NCBI RefSeq assembly: GCF_009914755.1
Contig: NC_060925.1
Source: the human T2T-CHM13v2.0 reference genome, Homo sapiens
DNA: 64,000 bases
Strand: one strand, 5' to 3'
How positions within the stretch are numbered: the first letter of the stretch is position 1; every line of letters begins with the position of its first letter. This document shows positions 1 through 19,039 of the stretch, piece by piece. The translations under genes were made by a program, and so were the position numbers. The notes beneath the pieces are model-generated. The model was not told where the DNA came from. It was given only the letters and a program-made list of their open reading frames with translations, and did not search any database.

Positions 1-445
1 TGAAGAAAATCTTTAGGAAGTGGTAGAAACTTTAAATCGCCCCATAGTTTGCCTGTTTCCACATTTTATTATCTTATAATCTTTGGGAGTGCTTACACTT
101 ATGGAGCTAACATTTTCAGAGATACAGGTTCTCATAGTACTACTAAAACTTTTTTCCTCTTTGGACTGAATACCTATGATTATAACTATACAGTAGTTTA
201 AGTTTCCTTGTGATTAGTCAAAAATACCATTTTAGTATGAAGCAATGAAGTCTATTATTTGTTGTCCCATAATTGAGAAACTTAGATACACCTTTTATTA
301 AGAGTTTGTAAATTCTAGCTTAGTCTACACAGATTTTTATATCAATTTGTTTATATTTTTATTAATGTCATTTCTGGAATTGTGAAAATGTTAATGTTCG
401 ACAAGCAACATTAAAAATAGATTTGAAACATTAAAAAAAAAAAAA
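1..445 (+). pseudogene. DLEU2L: 3' end of an intronless poly(A)-tailed retrocopy inside an EFCAB7 intron, probably DLEU2L (DLEU2-like lncRNA retrocopy); continues left of the window
   Basis: AT-rich non-repeat sequence with ATTAAA at ~410-415, a genomic A-tail at 433-445 and an abrupt junction into an L2. The name rests on recall of locus organisation, not an alignment. Confidence 0.6.
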
Positions 446-449
446 GAAA

Positions 450-855
450 GTAGATGGAAGGATACGCAGGAGAAAGCAAGGAATCCAGCTGGGACATTAT
501 TGTAGAATTCTAGAAGAGGACTGGCAATGCTTTGAACCAGGATGTTGGTGGGAGATGGGGTAGTAGAGATTCTGGGTATATTTTGAAGGCAGAACCATAG
601 GATTTCCTAAGGATTGGTCTTGGTATGTGAGAAAAGAAAAGAGTTAAAGAAGATTCCAAGATTTTTGACCTGAGCAACTGGAAAGACTGAGTTACCATTA
701 ACTGAGATGGGCAGCGTTTTAAAAAAAGACTAGGGAAGTCCAGTTTTGGAAATAGAAATCTAGGTAGAAATGTTAAATACACAGTTATATGGGTCTAACA
801 TTCAGAGGAAAGATCCTAAAGATATAAATTTTGGGGTTGTCAGCACATAGATGTC
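450..855 (-). mobile_element. L2 LINE fragment
   Basis: Typical antisense L2 motifs: gattctgggtatattttgaaggcag, gatttttgacctgagcaactggaaag, gagttaccattaactgagatggg. ORF 510..782 is L2-like. Confidence 0.75.
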
Positions 856-1106
856 TGGCATCTCTTCCTCGTGTGCTCCACCACAGGTAAGCCAGTACTT
901 AAATCCTCTTTTTTTTCTGAAAATCTCTGTTTTTCCTTGGATTTCAGGCTAATTGGTTGCCCTGCAACCTCAGCTTTTGATGAGTTCAAGAAAAGTTATG
1001 ATTTTTAGAAAGTGAGTATATAGAAAATGTTTCTCACAAGGTTGCTGTATTTAGGTTTGTGCCTTATTGCAAATGCTATCATGTTTACACATAAAAATGG
1101 AATATG

Positions 1107-1487
<381 letters not shown>

Positions 1488-1520
1488 TTAAGGTGTTTGG
1501 GCTTTTTTTTTTGTTTGTAG

Positions 1521-1630
1521 GAAAACCATCCCCTTGGTTATCCGTTGATACTGCCTTGTATATTCTCAAGGAAAATGAGAGTCAAGCAAATCTACAGCTT
1601 GTGTGTTTTACCGAACTACGAAATAGAGAA
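1521..1630 (+). CDS. EFCAB7: EFCAB7 internal coding exon (110 nt): (G)KPSPWLSVDTALYILKENESQANLQLVCFTELRNRE
   Basis: Acceptor ttttgtttgtag, donor GAA|gtatac, open frame that joins the 5153 exon in phase 0. Peptide recognised as EFCAB7. Confidence 0.88.
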
Positions 1631-1868
1631 GTATACATATTTATTTTCTAATGTTTAATTTTTAAATATAGTATGAACTGCAGTTTGGGGAAAGTATGTT
1701 TCTGTATTTTATTTTTTAAGCTTTCATATACCTTCCAATTAAGGTATAAACAGCACTTAAACACTATAGATATTATATGTTTTTAATTTAATCATATTAA
1801 ATTAAATTAAATAATTATAAGGATTTTTTCTTGTTTGCTGCGATTTCTTAAGAATTAAGGATGGGAGG

Positions 1869-2036
1869 AGCTGGGCATGGTGGCATGCACCTGAAGTCCC
1901 TGCTACTTGGGAAACTGAAGCAGGAGGATTACTTGAGCCCAGGAGTTCAAAGCCATATTATTCTATGATCTTACCTGTGAATAGCCACTGTACTTCAGCC
2001 TGGGCAACATAACCAGACCCTGTCTCTAAAAAAAAA
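1869..2036 (+). mobile_element. FAM (fossil Alu monomer)
   Basis: Single 7SL-derived monomer with the diagnostic cctgtgaatagccactg segment and an A-tail. Confidence 0.8.
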
Positions 2037-3129
2037 TTTAAATAAAGAATTGAGGATTGGTTGGCAGTCTTGAGTCTTGGCTTATACCTTTTAAGTTGTA
2101 TAATATTGTACCTTACTTTCATCTTTTCTAAATGCCCTGATGCCTCATGTGTGAACATTTGATATACTCAATAAAAAAGGTTGATGCCAGTACATTTTTT
2201 TTCCCTAAATGCAAGCAATTCAAGACTTTGGAAAAGCTGCTGTAGACGTTTGTCTTACTTATACTACTACTGCAAAACAGAAAAACTTAAGATTACTATC
2301 CTCAGGCTTGACTTATTTTATAGGGTTCAAAAATAGATTGATATGAAAAAATGCTTTTAAATGTTTTTATATGTTGCCCATGGGGTTGTTCTGATCTTTT
2401 CTAATAGTATATTTACTCAGAGGCCAAATATGTGAAGCCAATACATAAATGTGGCTATTTATTTTATGAGGACTACAAAATACATCTGCTACACAAAACA
2501 GAAATAATGCTATTTAAGGGCTTACTACAGTATCATATTTAATCTTTATATAGGCTCAATGACACACAAACATTTCCCTGATAGAATGTTATATAAAAGT
2601 CTTTTTTGTAGGCTTCCTTACAGACAAGAATAGGCAAGAAACAAATAAAATTGGCTGAAGTTAATGTTTTGACTAAACTCTTCTTCAGAACTGACTACAA
2701 AGTTAAGTTCAAGATAAAGCATTGTCTAAAACAGTAGCTGTTTCCACTTTGTTTTGGGTAAAATTACTCTCTTATGAGATTGCATGTGTAAAAAAATTAG
2801 TATATAGCAAAATTATAATAGAGTTTGCATGAGTTTCTATTTACCTCTTTATAGGCTTCTGTTTATCTGTAATATGTTGTATTTACAAAGGATTTTTTAT
2901 TTGTATTTATACTTTCACAATTATTTTCTTATAGATGAGTTTTGTGCCCATGAAAAAACTTTCCATTTGTCATCCACAGTGGCAGTGCAAGGTTATGTGT
3001 GGAGATAAGGAAGGATCATGGGATAATATATATTAGGAAGCAGCAAGATCTGGTTTTTCACTCCTGAGTCTACATCTAGCCAATTTCAAAGGTTATGCTT
3101 TTCAAAGGATGGATTTGGTAAACATTTCA

Positions 3130-3432
<303 letters not shown>

Positions 3433-3621
3433 AACATTTAGTCTTAAAAATGACTTTCGGTTATATTGGATTTCTTCTTGTATCAAAATAGGACCTGGTG
3501 ACCTTAAGAAGATTATGATTTCTCTGAGTTGCCAGGGCAGAAATGGAACTAAACCCAGAACTTAGATGAGCAACATTATTTCATATATGAGTCTCCAGAA
3601 TGACCTAAAATATACCTAAGT

Positions 3622-3918
3622 TGGTTTTTGTTTGTCTGTTTGTTTATTTATTTAGAGATAGGGTCTCACTCTGCTGCCCAGGCTGGAGTGCAGTGATGCA
3701 ATTCCCTGTAACCTTGAACTCCTGGGTGAAAATGATCTTCCTGCCTTAGCATCTCAAGTAGCTGGGACTATAGATGCATTATTATTATTGTTGTTATTTT
3801 TAGAGATAGGATCTCGCTATGTTGTCCAGGCTGGTCTCCAATTCCTAGCTTCAAGCAATCTTTCCACCTTGGCTTCCCAAAGTGCTGGGATGATAGGTAT
3901 GAGCCACCGTGTCTGGCC
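3622..3918 (-). mobile_element. Alu (AluJ-like)
   Basis: Diverged antisense Alu dimer. Confidence 0.9.
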
Positions 3919-4124
3919 TTATACCTGGGTTTTAAAAGGAATTTTTGGACATAATACGTGAAAGGATTCTCTTGGGTTAGTCTGTGCTGAAGGGCACTTA
4001 GCTATTACACACAACTAAGAATTGTTTAGATTTAATATATTTAACAGAGACAGCTGCTAGCTTTTATAGGAAACCTTTGGGCTCCAAAAAGCTCTTAGGA
4101 GGTACATAGAGAGATACCATTTGC

Positions 4125-4435
4125 TTTCTTTCTTTCTTTTGTTTTTTTGTTTTTGAGACAGAGTCTCGTTCTATCACTCAGGCTAGAGTACAATGGCACG
4201 ATCTCAGCTCCCTGCAACCTCCACCTCCGGGTTCAAGTGATTCTCCTGCCTCAGCCTCCCAAGTAGCTGGGATTATAGGCGCCCGCCACCATGCCCAGCT
4301 AATTTTTGTATTTTTAGTAGAGGTGGGGTTTCACCAAGTTTACCAGGCTGTTCTCAAACTCCTGACATCAAATGATCCACCCACCTTGGCCTCCCAAAGT
4401 GCTGGGATTACAGGCGTGAACCGCCATGCCCAGCC
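4125..4435 (-). mobile_element. Alu (AluS)
   Basis: Antisense Alu dimer with TSD tgctttctt. Confidence 0.93.
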
Positions 4436-5152
4436 TGCTTTCTTTATAGAACTGGAGAATAAAATGTTTTCCTATACAAATGTTCTGGTACCCATGATAA
4501 ATATCCAACATTTGATAGGAAACAGAATTTCATATAAAGCTGGTTTATTTGGGATTCTGTGTCTTATTTTATAGTCCATATTACATTAAAAAAAGTGAAG
4601 TTCCAGTGCTTTCATCCACATAATTGAGCTCTTACAAATGTGATTAATTTATACAAATAGTAAACCATTTCAAAATATATTTAATTTTTATTTTATGTCA
4701 TTGAAATCTGATTTAGATATCATATATTTGAATCAAATTAGGAAACCATAATCTAGAATATTATTACTTTTTTCAAAGGAGCTCAGTATTTGCATTAAAA
4801 AATTACCCTACGATTTATCTTTGCTTCCTGTTGAAGGTATTTGCATCACAGATATTTTTGAAGATTGTTGGGGAAGATTTAGAAGATATATAACTTACCT
4901 ATTACAGTTTTAGGCATTTGTTTCAAAAATATATAAAGAACTGCTGTATCTAATGATCTCATAATGGGATTACCATTAACAAAAAGAATTTGAAACCTGT
5001 AAAAAGACTGATAGGACTATAATAGAATTTGTAAATATTGATTTAAAAATCATTTCTAATGTGTCCCTTTCAGAAGAAATATTAAAAGCTTTAAATTAAA
5101 AGATGAAAAGATTAAGACTGATGATTGTTTTATTTCATTGTTTTGAGAAAAG

Positions 5153-5310
5153 GTGTTTGGATGGACTGGTGAACTAGGACCTGGAATTTACTGGTTAATT
5201 CCTTCCACAACTGGCTGTAGGCTGAGGAAAAAAATAAAACCAGTAACAGATGAAGCCCAACTTGTATATAGAGATGAAACAGGGGAATTATTCCTTACAA
5301 AGGAATTTAA
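5153..5310 (+). CDS. EFCAB7: EFCAB7 coding exon (158 nt): VFGWTGELGPGIYWLIPSTTGCRLRKKIKPVTDEAQLVYRDETGELFLTKEF(K)
   Basis: Acceptor gagaaaag|, donor AA|gtaagt. Phase 0 to phase 2 fits both neighbouring exons. Confidence 0.9.
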
Positions 5311-5439
5311 GTAAGTTTTGTTTATTAATGTTAGAATTATAACATCTAGACTGGATAGATATTAATAGCCTGTGTTACTCCCTTTGGCCAGCTCCCACCC
5401 CCATCCTCAGATTCTAATTCACCAATTCAACTCTTGTGA

Positions 5440-6170
<731 letters not shown>

Positions 6171-6536
6171 AAACAAAACAGCTCATTCTCTAGGCATCTG
6201 AAAATGTTCCTCCATTTGCAGATCTGGGATTTTCATTTACTTGTGGGTTCTACACATTTGGCAAGTCAACTTCAGTCAAACATCGACAATTTCTCCCTAT
6301 TGGTAGAGAGGAAGAAGAAAGTAGATTGGAGAAAGGAAAAAAGAAGGGAACTACTACTATTCATTGAGTTCTTACTGTGTGTTGAGATACTGTGGTTGTT
6401 CTAGAAGCTTTTTTATCTCATGTAATACTGGACTGAGCCAAAACTGTATTTGGTTACATTAACTTTATAGTTTACAGAAATTGTGTAACGCTATATTACT
6501 TCCTTTTGAATGTTATCCTCATAGAACCCTTCTTCA

Positions 6537-6870
<334 letters not shown>

Positions 6871-6909
6871 TTAGTGACAAGAAATAACTAGCTATTTTTA
6901 TAATTTTAG

Positions 6910-7043
6910 GTCTACTTTATCAGATATATTTGAAGTAATTGATTTAGATGGAAATGGTCTTCTTAGCCTTGAAGAATATAATTTTTTTGAATTGAGAACA
7001 AGTGGTGAGAAATGTGATGAAGATGCTTGGGCTGTCTGCAGAG
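6910..7043 (+). CDS. EFCAB7: EFCAB7 coding exon (134 nt) encoding an EF-hand: STLSDIFEVIDLDGNGLLSLEEYNFFELRTSGEKCDEDAWAVCR(E)
   Basis: Acceptor taattttag|, donor G|gtaagc, canonical EF-hand loop D-x-D-G-N-G-x-x-S-x-x-E. Confidence 0.95.
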
Positions 7044-8549
7044 GTAAGCACTTTTCTTTTCCTTAACAGATGTATAAAAATATATATATAGCACCTTTTC
7101 ATCTCTAAGAAATGAGAAGTCAAACTTCTGCATGAAATATTATTATAGCATTTAGGACAGTTTGAAAGTAGTATTGTTTGTAGATCATAAAAACTTAAAC
7201 ATTTATTTTTCTTAAACCGATAGTTGGTATAATACTCAAGTTAAAAGAAAGTGTGAATTACTTAATCATAATTTTAGTTTTGATTCTCTACTCTTCGGGG
7301 TTTAGAAGACAAAAAACTTGTCCTTGCGCTTGATACCACTGGGCCTGAAGTGGTCAAGAACCACAAACTGTGACCAGGAGAGGGCAGCAAAAAGCCAAAA
7401 AGCTAGAGTTTTACTCACAAATTAAGGTTTCCAGGAAGTTGCTTATATTATACATGTTAAACATTCTTCAGTGCTTTTCGTATTTGAGTTGAATTTAAAA
7501 AGTCCATTTATGGAAATATTGAAGCCAAAAATGCCAAGATGGACAAAGAAAATCACTGAGAATGAGGCAAAGTCAGTTATCACTTAGAAGGAGTCTGGGA
7601 AGACATACTTGCATATTTAAGCCAAAGACCCCAAGGTCGAGGGAAAACCAAAAAGCCATAGCCAACTATAGATCACAGAACAAGAGGTATGAGGAGACCA
7701 GAATTCAGTCAAGAGAGATTAACTCACGTATGCTTTCACTGGGATAGCTATATGTGGGTCTTAAAATGGTCTAAGCTTGGCAAAGTGAGCCAGGTTGGGA
7801 GTCTGTTTACCTAGACAGCAAGTAGGGTAGAGAAGTATATTATTTATATAAAGGAATCTTTCAGTATTTCTATTTTAGCTGAAAGTTAATATAATCAACA
7901 GCAATACATGTATATTGATTTATAATATTAAACTGTGATTAATAAAATTCATAATATACATAATAGAGTATTACCTATAGGAAGATGTAATTATCTTGTA
8001 ACTTTAATGATATAATCTTTTAATTGGCACTAGAGAACATTCCATAAGAGTGAATTTGTGGCTTTCTGATGGTAAAGTTTGTGATAAGTAAAATTCTAAT
8101 TTAAAATTTTAATTGAATTGGCAGAGTTGACGGTTAACATTTTTTGATAGCTTACCATCTACCATGTACCAGCTGCTGATCTATGCACTTCTACACACCA
8201 ACTCTATGAAGTAGTACTTTATTATTCTCACTTTATAAATCAGGAAATAGAATTAGAGGTTAAGTAACCTGACCAAGGCTACACAGCAAGAAAGTTTCAC
8301 AGATAGGCTCCAGAACTTTGAACTCAATGCTATCAAAAAGTCTCCAAGAGTTATTGACTTGAAAAATGATTTGGAGGAATGTCTACTTTACCAACATTAA
8401 TAATATTGCAAAGAAATGAGAGCTTTTAAGGTTTTAATGTTTCCCCTGAATAATAAGAAAATGTACTGTTTATCTGTAAGATTATTTTAATAAACTTTTT
8501 TTACACTTAAAGATGCTTTATTTTTATTTTGTTTATTAATAAGCTTTAT

Positions 8550-9740
<1,191 letters not shown>

Positions 9741-9756
9741 AGTCAAGTGTTAATAA

Positions 9757-10047
9757 TTTTTTTTTTTTTGAGATGGAATCTTGCTCTGTTGCCTAGGCTG
9801 GAGGGCAGTGGCGTGATCTTGGCTCACTGCAAGCTTCACCTCCCGGGTTCACGCCATTCTGCCTCAGCCTCCCGAGTAGCTGGGACTACAGGTACCCGCC
9901 ACCACGCCCGGCTAATTTTTTGTATTTTTAGTAGAGATGGGGTTTCACCATGTTAACCAGGATGGTCTCGATCTCCTGACCTCATGATCTGCCCGCCTCA
10001 GCCTCCCAAAGTGCTGGGATTACAGGCGTGAGCCACTGCGCCTGGCC
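9757..10047 (-). mobile_element. AluY
   Basis: Antisense Alu with gggttcacgccattct and TSD caagtgttaat. Confidence 0.95.
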
Positions 10048-10307
10048 CAAGTGTTAATTTTTTAAAAATTAATGAGGATTGAGAATTTTAAGTTTTAAAA
10101 AGTAGATTCGTTTTTGATAGTCTCTATAGTACAGTATCTAGATAGGTTTCTTAATGTATTTGTATTATATGTCAAATATTTTTTTCATCGTTTCTACATA
10201 GTAGCTCTAACCTCGATTTTTGTGGCTACCATTTCTCTTCATGATTGAATTTAATCTGCATTTATTTTTTCCCCTTGAAAAAGTTATGAATAACTTTAAA
10301 CTCTTAA

Positions 10308-10636
<329 letters not shown>

Positions 10637-11504
10637 TAATCAGTCAACCGGTTTTACACAGTTATGTCTCTGCTGCTTTTCTCACAATAATGCACACAAA
10701 AGAGATGCCATCTCAAATAAGACTACCCATTTCCCTTGGATATATTATAGATGGAAGTTAGGAAATAAAATCTTCCCTGTTGTAGGATAGCTAACAAAAT
10801 ATCCATAATAAATAACGACTTATTATCCATGTTACAGACAAATTCAGGAATTATGCATGTCTAGATACTTCTAGGTAAATTTAGTTTTGCTCATAAATAG
10901 TGTTAAAACAGGCATAGACTTACCTGGGAAAATGTAGTTGATTCATGGATTCCAAAGTGCTCCCCATTATCTGTCAGTCTTTCAAGACTTGGGGACAATT
11001 TAGCTAAAATTAGAGGAATCAGGCATATAGTAATCTCCTTAAATATGACACTATTCCCGTTTTTCTTTCTGAAACTCAGTAGTTTGGGGAGTATTATATC
11101 AAATTCATCCAGTTTCTGCTGGCTTTAAGTGGCAAATACATATGAAGCATTTTAATTCTTTGAAATATATAACAACGTATGCTCTAAATAACCAGGCAGA
11201 TTGGAATTTACCCAGAAATATTACAGTTTCCTCTAATTTTAGAATATATTTGCACTATTTATAACTTTAGGATTTTTTGAAAAATGAAATTGTGTACTAC
11301 GATATATCTATGCTGAGTTATGGGAAACTAGAAGAATAGCTCTCAATAATGTTTTGAGCCATTTTTATTCCACTTTTATCCTGCTCATAGATTCATAGGC
11401 CTCTTTTAAAATAAATATCTATGAATAATAATATATCATAGACATTTTATTAAAGTTATGAATTTTTAAATTATGTAAGAAAAAACTTTTGGTTGTTTAA
11501 ACAG

Positions 11505-11653
11505 AGAATTTTGATACAAAGAGGAATGAACTAACAAGACAAGGATTTATGGATTTGAATCTAATGGAAGCTAATGATCGAGAAGGAGATCCTTGTGACC
11601 TTTGGGTAACTCTACACTCTATGGGCTACAATAAAGCTCTGGAGTTGACAGAG
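11505..11653 (+). CDS. EFCAB7: EFCAB7 coding exon (149 nt): (E)NFDTKRNELTRQGFMDLNLMEANDREGDPCDLWVTLHSMGYNKALELTE
   Basis: Acceptor gtttaaacag|, donor GAG|gtaaag. Phase 1 start matches the preceding exon. Confidence 0.93.
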
Positions 11654-12238
11654 GTAAAGTATTCTTAAACTTTTGCCAATGGGTTTAATGTACATAATAT
11701 TTTACTTTATGAACATTTTCCTGACATATAACTTTCGAATTGGGCACCCAAATCTTTGAACTTTAGTATATGAATGAATCCTGGGTGCAACAACATGTTT
11801 CTGTTAGTTTATACAAGTTCTTGTTCTCACCTGAAATTTAGTTACTGCCAACATTAAAATAATTCAAAGACAAAAGAGTCTAAGCATATAATATGCAGGA
11901 AAAAAATTTGGTATTAAAAAAATTAAAATTGGAAAAGGCAGTTTGAGTTACTAAAGTCTCATTTCTATAGGGAAACACTTTGTCTTAACAGTTTAAAGGC
12001 TCTCTTAGAATAAGGAGACTGTGTCTGCATTAGAACTTGGATTTCTGGTCTTTTTATAAAGGGTACTTTTGGGGTTAATACTTGTAAAACACTTGGAACA
12101 GTGGCTGGCTCATACAAAGCATTGTGTATGTATCAGCTATTATCATCATTATTATCATTAACATGATAGGTATAGAAGTTGAACAGGGCTCGTAATAAAC
12201 CATAGGGGTAATAAAAATTTAAAAATTAGGCCTTCTTA

Positions 12239-12245
<7 letters not shown>

Positions 12246-12288
<43 letters not shown>
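12246..12288. repeat. (TA)n microsatellite
   Basis: About 21 perfect TA units next to an Alu tail. Confidence 0.95.
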
Positions 12289-12293
<5 letters not shown>

Positions 12294-12515
12294 TTTTTTT
12301 TTTTTTAATTTGAGACAAGGTCTTACTCTGTCACCCTGGCTGGAGTGCAGTGGCACAATCATAGCTCACTGCAGCTTCAACCTCCTGGGCTCAAGTAAGC
12401 CTCCTGCCTCAGCCTCCTGAGTAGCTAGGACTACAGGTGCATGCCCCCACGCCCAGCTAATTTTTTAACTTTTTTTTTTTTTGTAGAGATGGGGGTCTCA
12501 CTGTTTTACCCAGGC
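12294..12515 (-). mobile_element. AluJ, 5' truncated
   Basis: Antisense right arm plus part of the left arm. Confidence 0.9.
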
Positions 12516-14171
12516 TAATTTCTATATTTTATGTCAGATTTAAAATATAGAATTTAAGAGTTTCAGTTTCAGGCCACAAGTTACATAACAGTACATTTGT
12601 TTATACTCTTAAAATTAAAAATAGTATTTGTCCTTTTTCCATACTTGAATCAACTTAGGAGGGCAATACTAACTTTGACAAATTTTATTTTAGATACATT
12701 TAGACTTTGGTTTAATTCCTAGTTTTGACATCATTCAAAACCTTCATTAACCTGTTTGGTGAGAGGTTCTCTATTCTTTCCCCATTTTTAGAAATAGGAG
12801 GTGAATAGTTATGGTAACTATTTATATCCTACTTGAGCCTAACAGTCAGTGACTCCCACATTTTAACCATGTGTAAAATCAGCATCTAATCTAGGAACAA
12901 TATTGATTGTGCTACCCATGTTGTTGCTTATTAGGGAAATTAGTTAAGAGCAATTTAAGACTTTTTACCACAGTTACTGATGTCATTTACCTTTGAAACT
13001 ATAAGCAAGAAGGATTTCTGAGCTAACATTTAATTTAATTTAAATTTCATTTATTTATTGAGTAGGTTATTTGTATCATTTAAATTCAAAAGGTAAAAAA
13101 AATACAGTATACATTGGAAAGTATCAATAGATGATGAGACTGCCACTCAGTAACTGAAATAAAAAGACAAAGCTGAATTGATTGCTTACTATAAAGGAGA
13201 GCTATGCTGATCAGGCACAGTCTCTCGGCTAAGAGCAGAATGCTCATTTATATAGGGTTTTGGGGAGGTATGGAATTCAAGGATTGCCTGGCTTTTAGAG
13301 GCATAAATGAGTTAATACTATCTGGGGAAGCATGGTTACTTGGATGAGACTGTTGATTGGTTGGCACTAAGCAGTGTATTTACTGATGTGAATCCATCTC
13401 TGATTGCCTGACTTTCAAAACTGAGGAGCTGACACTGGTTGCCTAACATAAGTGTGTTAATTGAAGTGGAGCTGTTCCTCATCAGTTGAACAGATTTAAA
13501 ATCTTTTTTCTTACTAAATTTCTTTATTGTTTCTTATTAAATTCTTATTACTTATTTCTTTATTTTTCCTTATTAAATTCTCTAATTTAGGCTGTAGAAT
13601 TACTGATTACACATTCCCTGTATCAGCCTATGAAGATCCTCTGTTAAAGAGCAATATAACTTCTTTATAAGGGCATTGCCCCTATATACTGTAATTGAAT
13701 AGTTGCTCTTTTACTGAATTTGAGAAGTGAAACTTACATGTTTAGTTTTGCCCCCCTTTTTTTTCTGTTTTCCTTTTTAAAATAGAATTTCATGATATTA
13801 ATTTCTTTCTAGATTCAGAACTGGGAAAATTTACTTTCTTTTTTAGAGTTTAAGCACTACATAACTTTTTATTTCCCTTTTGTATATGTTAACAGGTAGT
13901 TGAGAGCTAAATATTGTGCTAAATTTAAGTAACATCCCATAATCTAGGTTTTATTATTGCAGTCTTCCCCATCTTCCTTATCACATATATTGTTAATAAT
14001 TTTACAATGAATAATTTACAGTTAATAGTTTTCTTGCTTGTTGTTTGCTTCCTATATTAAGTTAGTAGGATAAAGAAAATAAGTAAATAAAAGATCAAGC
14101 CCATGAAAAGAAAAAATAAAACTATAGGGCAGTTCTTTTAGATGTGATAAGATTTTAATTTAAAAATTTTA

Positions 14172-16312
<2,141 letters not shown>

Positions 16313-16960
16313 ATTAGAGAATATGTTTTAACATGGACCTTTTAAGATGTTTTGCTTTCAGTGAATATTCAAATATTGATCCTCTTTGGTTGAATAAAAC
16401 TGATAATCATGACTTAAAAAATGGCAGAATATTACCAGAATTTACCAGTACTGAACAAATAAACCTTTAAAAATGCCATACTCATAATTATTATAAATAA
16501 TCTTTAAAAATTTTTACAAAGGTGATGTGTATGAAAAATAAACCCAGGTCTTCTACTTTTTAGTCCAATGATTTTTCATTCTACTATTTCTCTTAAAAAG
16601 GCAAATTTATTATTGCCAAAGGTTGAAGTGATTAAAATATTTTTATTATACAAATATTTTATAATTATTTTATTTTATATTTATTTATTTTATATTATTA
16701 AAATATTTTTTAAAACACAAATTTCTGTTTATAGTCTACTAAAATTAACTTCAGACTTCTTTCTTTTATTTTCTTAAAAGATGACCACCAATTTGTGAAT
16801 TTATTCAGTTATTCAACAAATACTTATTGAATACCTACTATGTGATAACTGCAGGAAAGAGGCACTGAGGATACAAAGATGAATAAAATAGTCAAAGTTC
16901 CTGCCCTTATGAAATTTATATTTCATGAAGGAGAATGATTAATTAATTAAAATAAAATTA

Positions 16961-17260
<300 letters not shown>

Positions 17261-18103
17261 TTATTTCAAAGGTGTTTTGAAACAACTCAAAGGCTGAAGT
17301 AGAGAACAGAGAACAGTGGGGGAGTGAGGGAGATTGGGGGGCCAGAGCAGATCCCTCTGCAGAGGTGGCACTTAAGCTTTAACCTGAAGCAGGAAGACAA
17401 GGTACCTATGTGAAAATACATAAGGATAATCTTCCCAGTGGAGAGAACACTACGTATGAAGGGCTTCATTTGCTCTAGGATCTGAAAGATCAGGATAGCT
17501 GTTGCATAGAGACACAGGAGACCAGGTTGGATGGAGAGGCAAAGGCTCTTTACCACATTGGCTTTTTACCACATTGTAGGCTGTGGTAAAAAGACTAAGG
17601 TAGATATTAGAAAAATTTCATTCGGAATGCAGAAAATATTTTTAAGTCTCATATTTTAAAGGTGTTTTTAGACTAAACGTTTAGTCAGTGCTCTGTATCC
17701 ATGCAGTAAGCTTCAATTGTAAATGTAATAATTTCTGTAGAAACCTTTGATGAATTCTTTCTGTAACCCTCACTTTAGAAAAGAAAATTAAATAACATGG
17801 TATTTGTTAGCATTGAACCAAATGAAGAGATGGTATTATGGTTTAAAGAAGGTGGTATATTACTGATTTGCTAGAGGTTATTATTTTCTTTTATTTTCTA
17901 TGAACATTATCAGTTAATATGCTACCAAAAAGTCAGGATTTCATGCTTGCTTATTACTCAATTCATAGTACTAAAATTTTCCTCTAAAAGTTTATTAGAA
18001 GGACAAGCTAGAAGGTATAGCATATCTTCTTATATGGTAACATATTAATAATTTATTTAAAATTCTATCAAAAGGCTGAAACAAGATTTTTTTTTCCTAT
18101 CAG

Positions 18104-18313
18104 GCATGTCCATTTGTCATTGATATCTATGCAGAAAAATGCAAGCCAAAAATTAAAGCTGTCCATATGGAGGCATGTAGTGGACAACTTGAGAAGGCCA
18201 TTTGTAAATCTGTTCTTAGCAACGGTGATGCCAAAGTAATGGATGGCTATGAAAATATAATCGTGCATACTTACAGTTGTGACACCTGGATAACGTCAGT
18301 TATTGAAAACAAG
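18104..18313 (+). CDS. EFCAB7: EFCAB7 coding exon (210 nt): ACPFVIDIYAEKCKPKIKAVHMEACSGQLEKAICKSVLSNGDAKVMDGYENIIVHTYSCDTWITSVIENK
   Basis: Acceptor ttttttcctatcag|, donor AAG|gtatca, phase 0/0. Overlaps track ORF 18167..18361. Confidence 0.94.
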
Positions 18314-19039
18314 GTATCAATTATGAGGTGGTTTTCCTCATTTTGCTACAAAGCTTACTAATATATTTCATCTTATTCCTTACTCTATTCGTATGTGGTA
18401 ATTAAGTATCCCATCACATTAATAATGTTTATAATGCATAATTATTTTTTCTCCTCAGGTTTCTAACTCAAACTGGGAGTGGTAATTTTTATATGATTTT
18501 TAAAGGTTTCCAATTTTTTCTCTTAAAATATTAGGAAAATTAAACATTTGGATATTAGTGAATATAGAGCACAATCTGGGTACAAAGTATTTTATTTAGT
18601 TTGTTTCTAAAAGTTTTTATGTATACATAGCTATTTTAATAATAGATATCATGTTTTAAAGAAATATTATAAGCAAAGGAAAAATTTCAACCCAGCGTTT
18701 TACACTAACGTTGCAGAGATCCTATAAATTATTATTATTTAATATAACTAAATGTATTCTACTGTCCCAAGACCTGCTTTCATCAAGCTGATTATTTCTA
18801 CCTTTGGCTCTCTTCCCTGCTATTAATACTATTGATATTACAGGTCAAGAGAATACGAGCATAAATTCTTAGTCAGAAATATCCAGTTCTCTAGAAATTA
18901 TAAATTTTCATAAAACTTTATATAAGATGGCTAGGTGCTCAGTACTGTTGACTTATTTCTTTTAGGTCCTACGTGAGACATATTTTTATGCCTGCCATAA
19001 ATTTCTTAAAATACTTAAGATGTGGCAGCGTTTTTAGTC

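Noticed and set aside
13120-13500. Possible LTR remnant in an EFCAB7 intron
   Set aside because: The composition shift suggests an old LTR, but I could not fix termini or family, so it is not reported as a feature.
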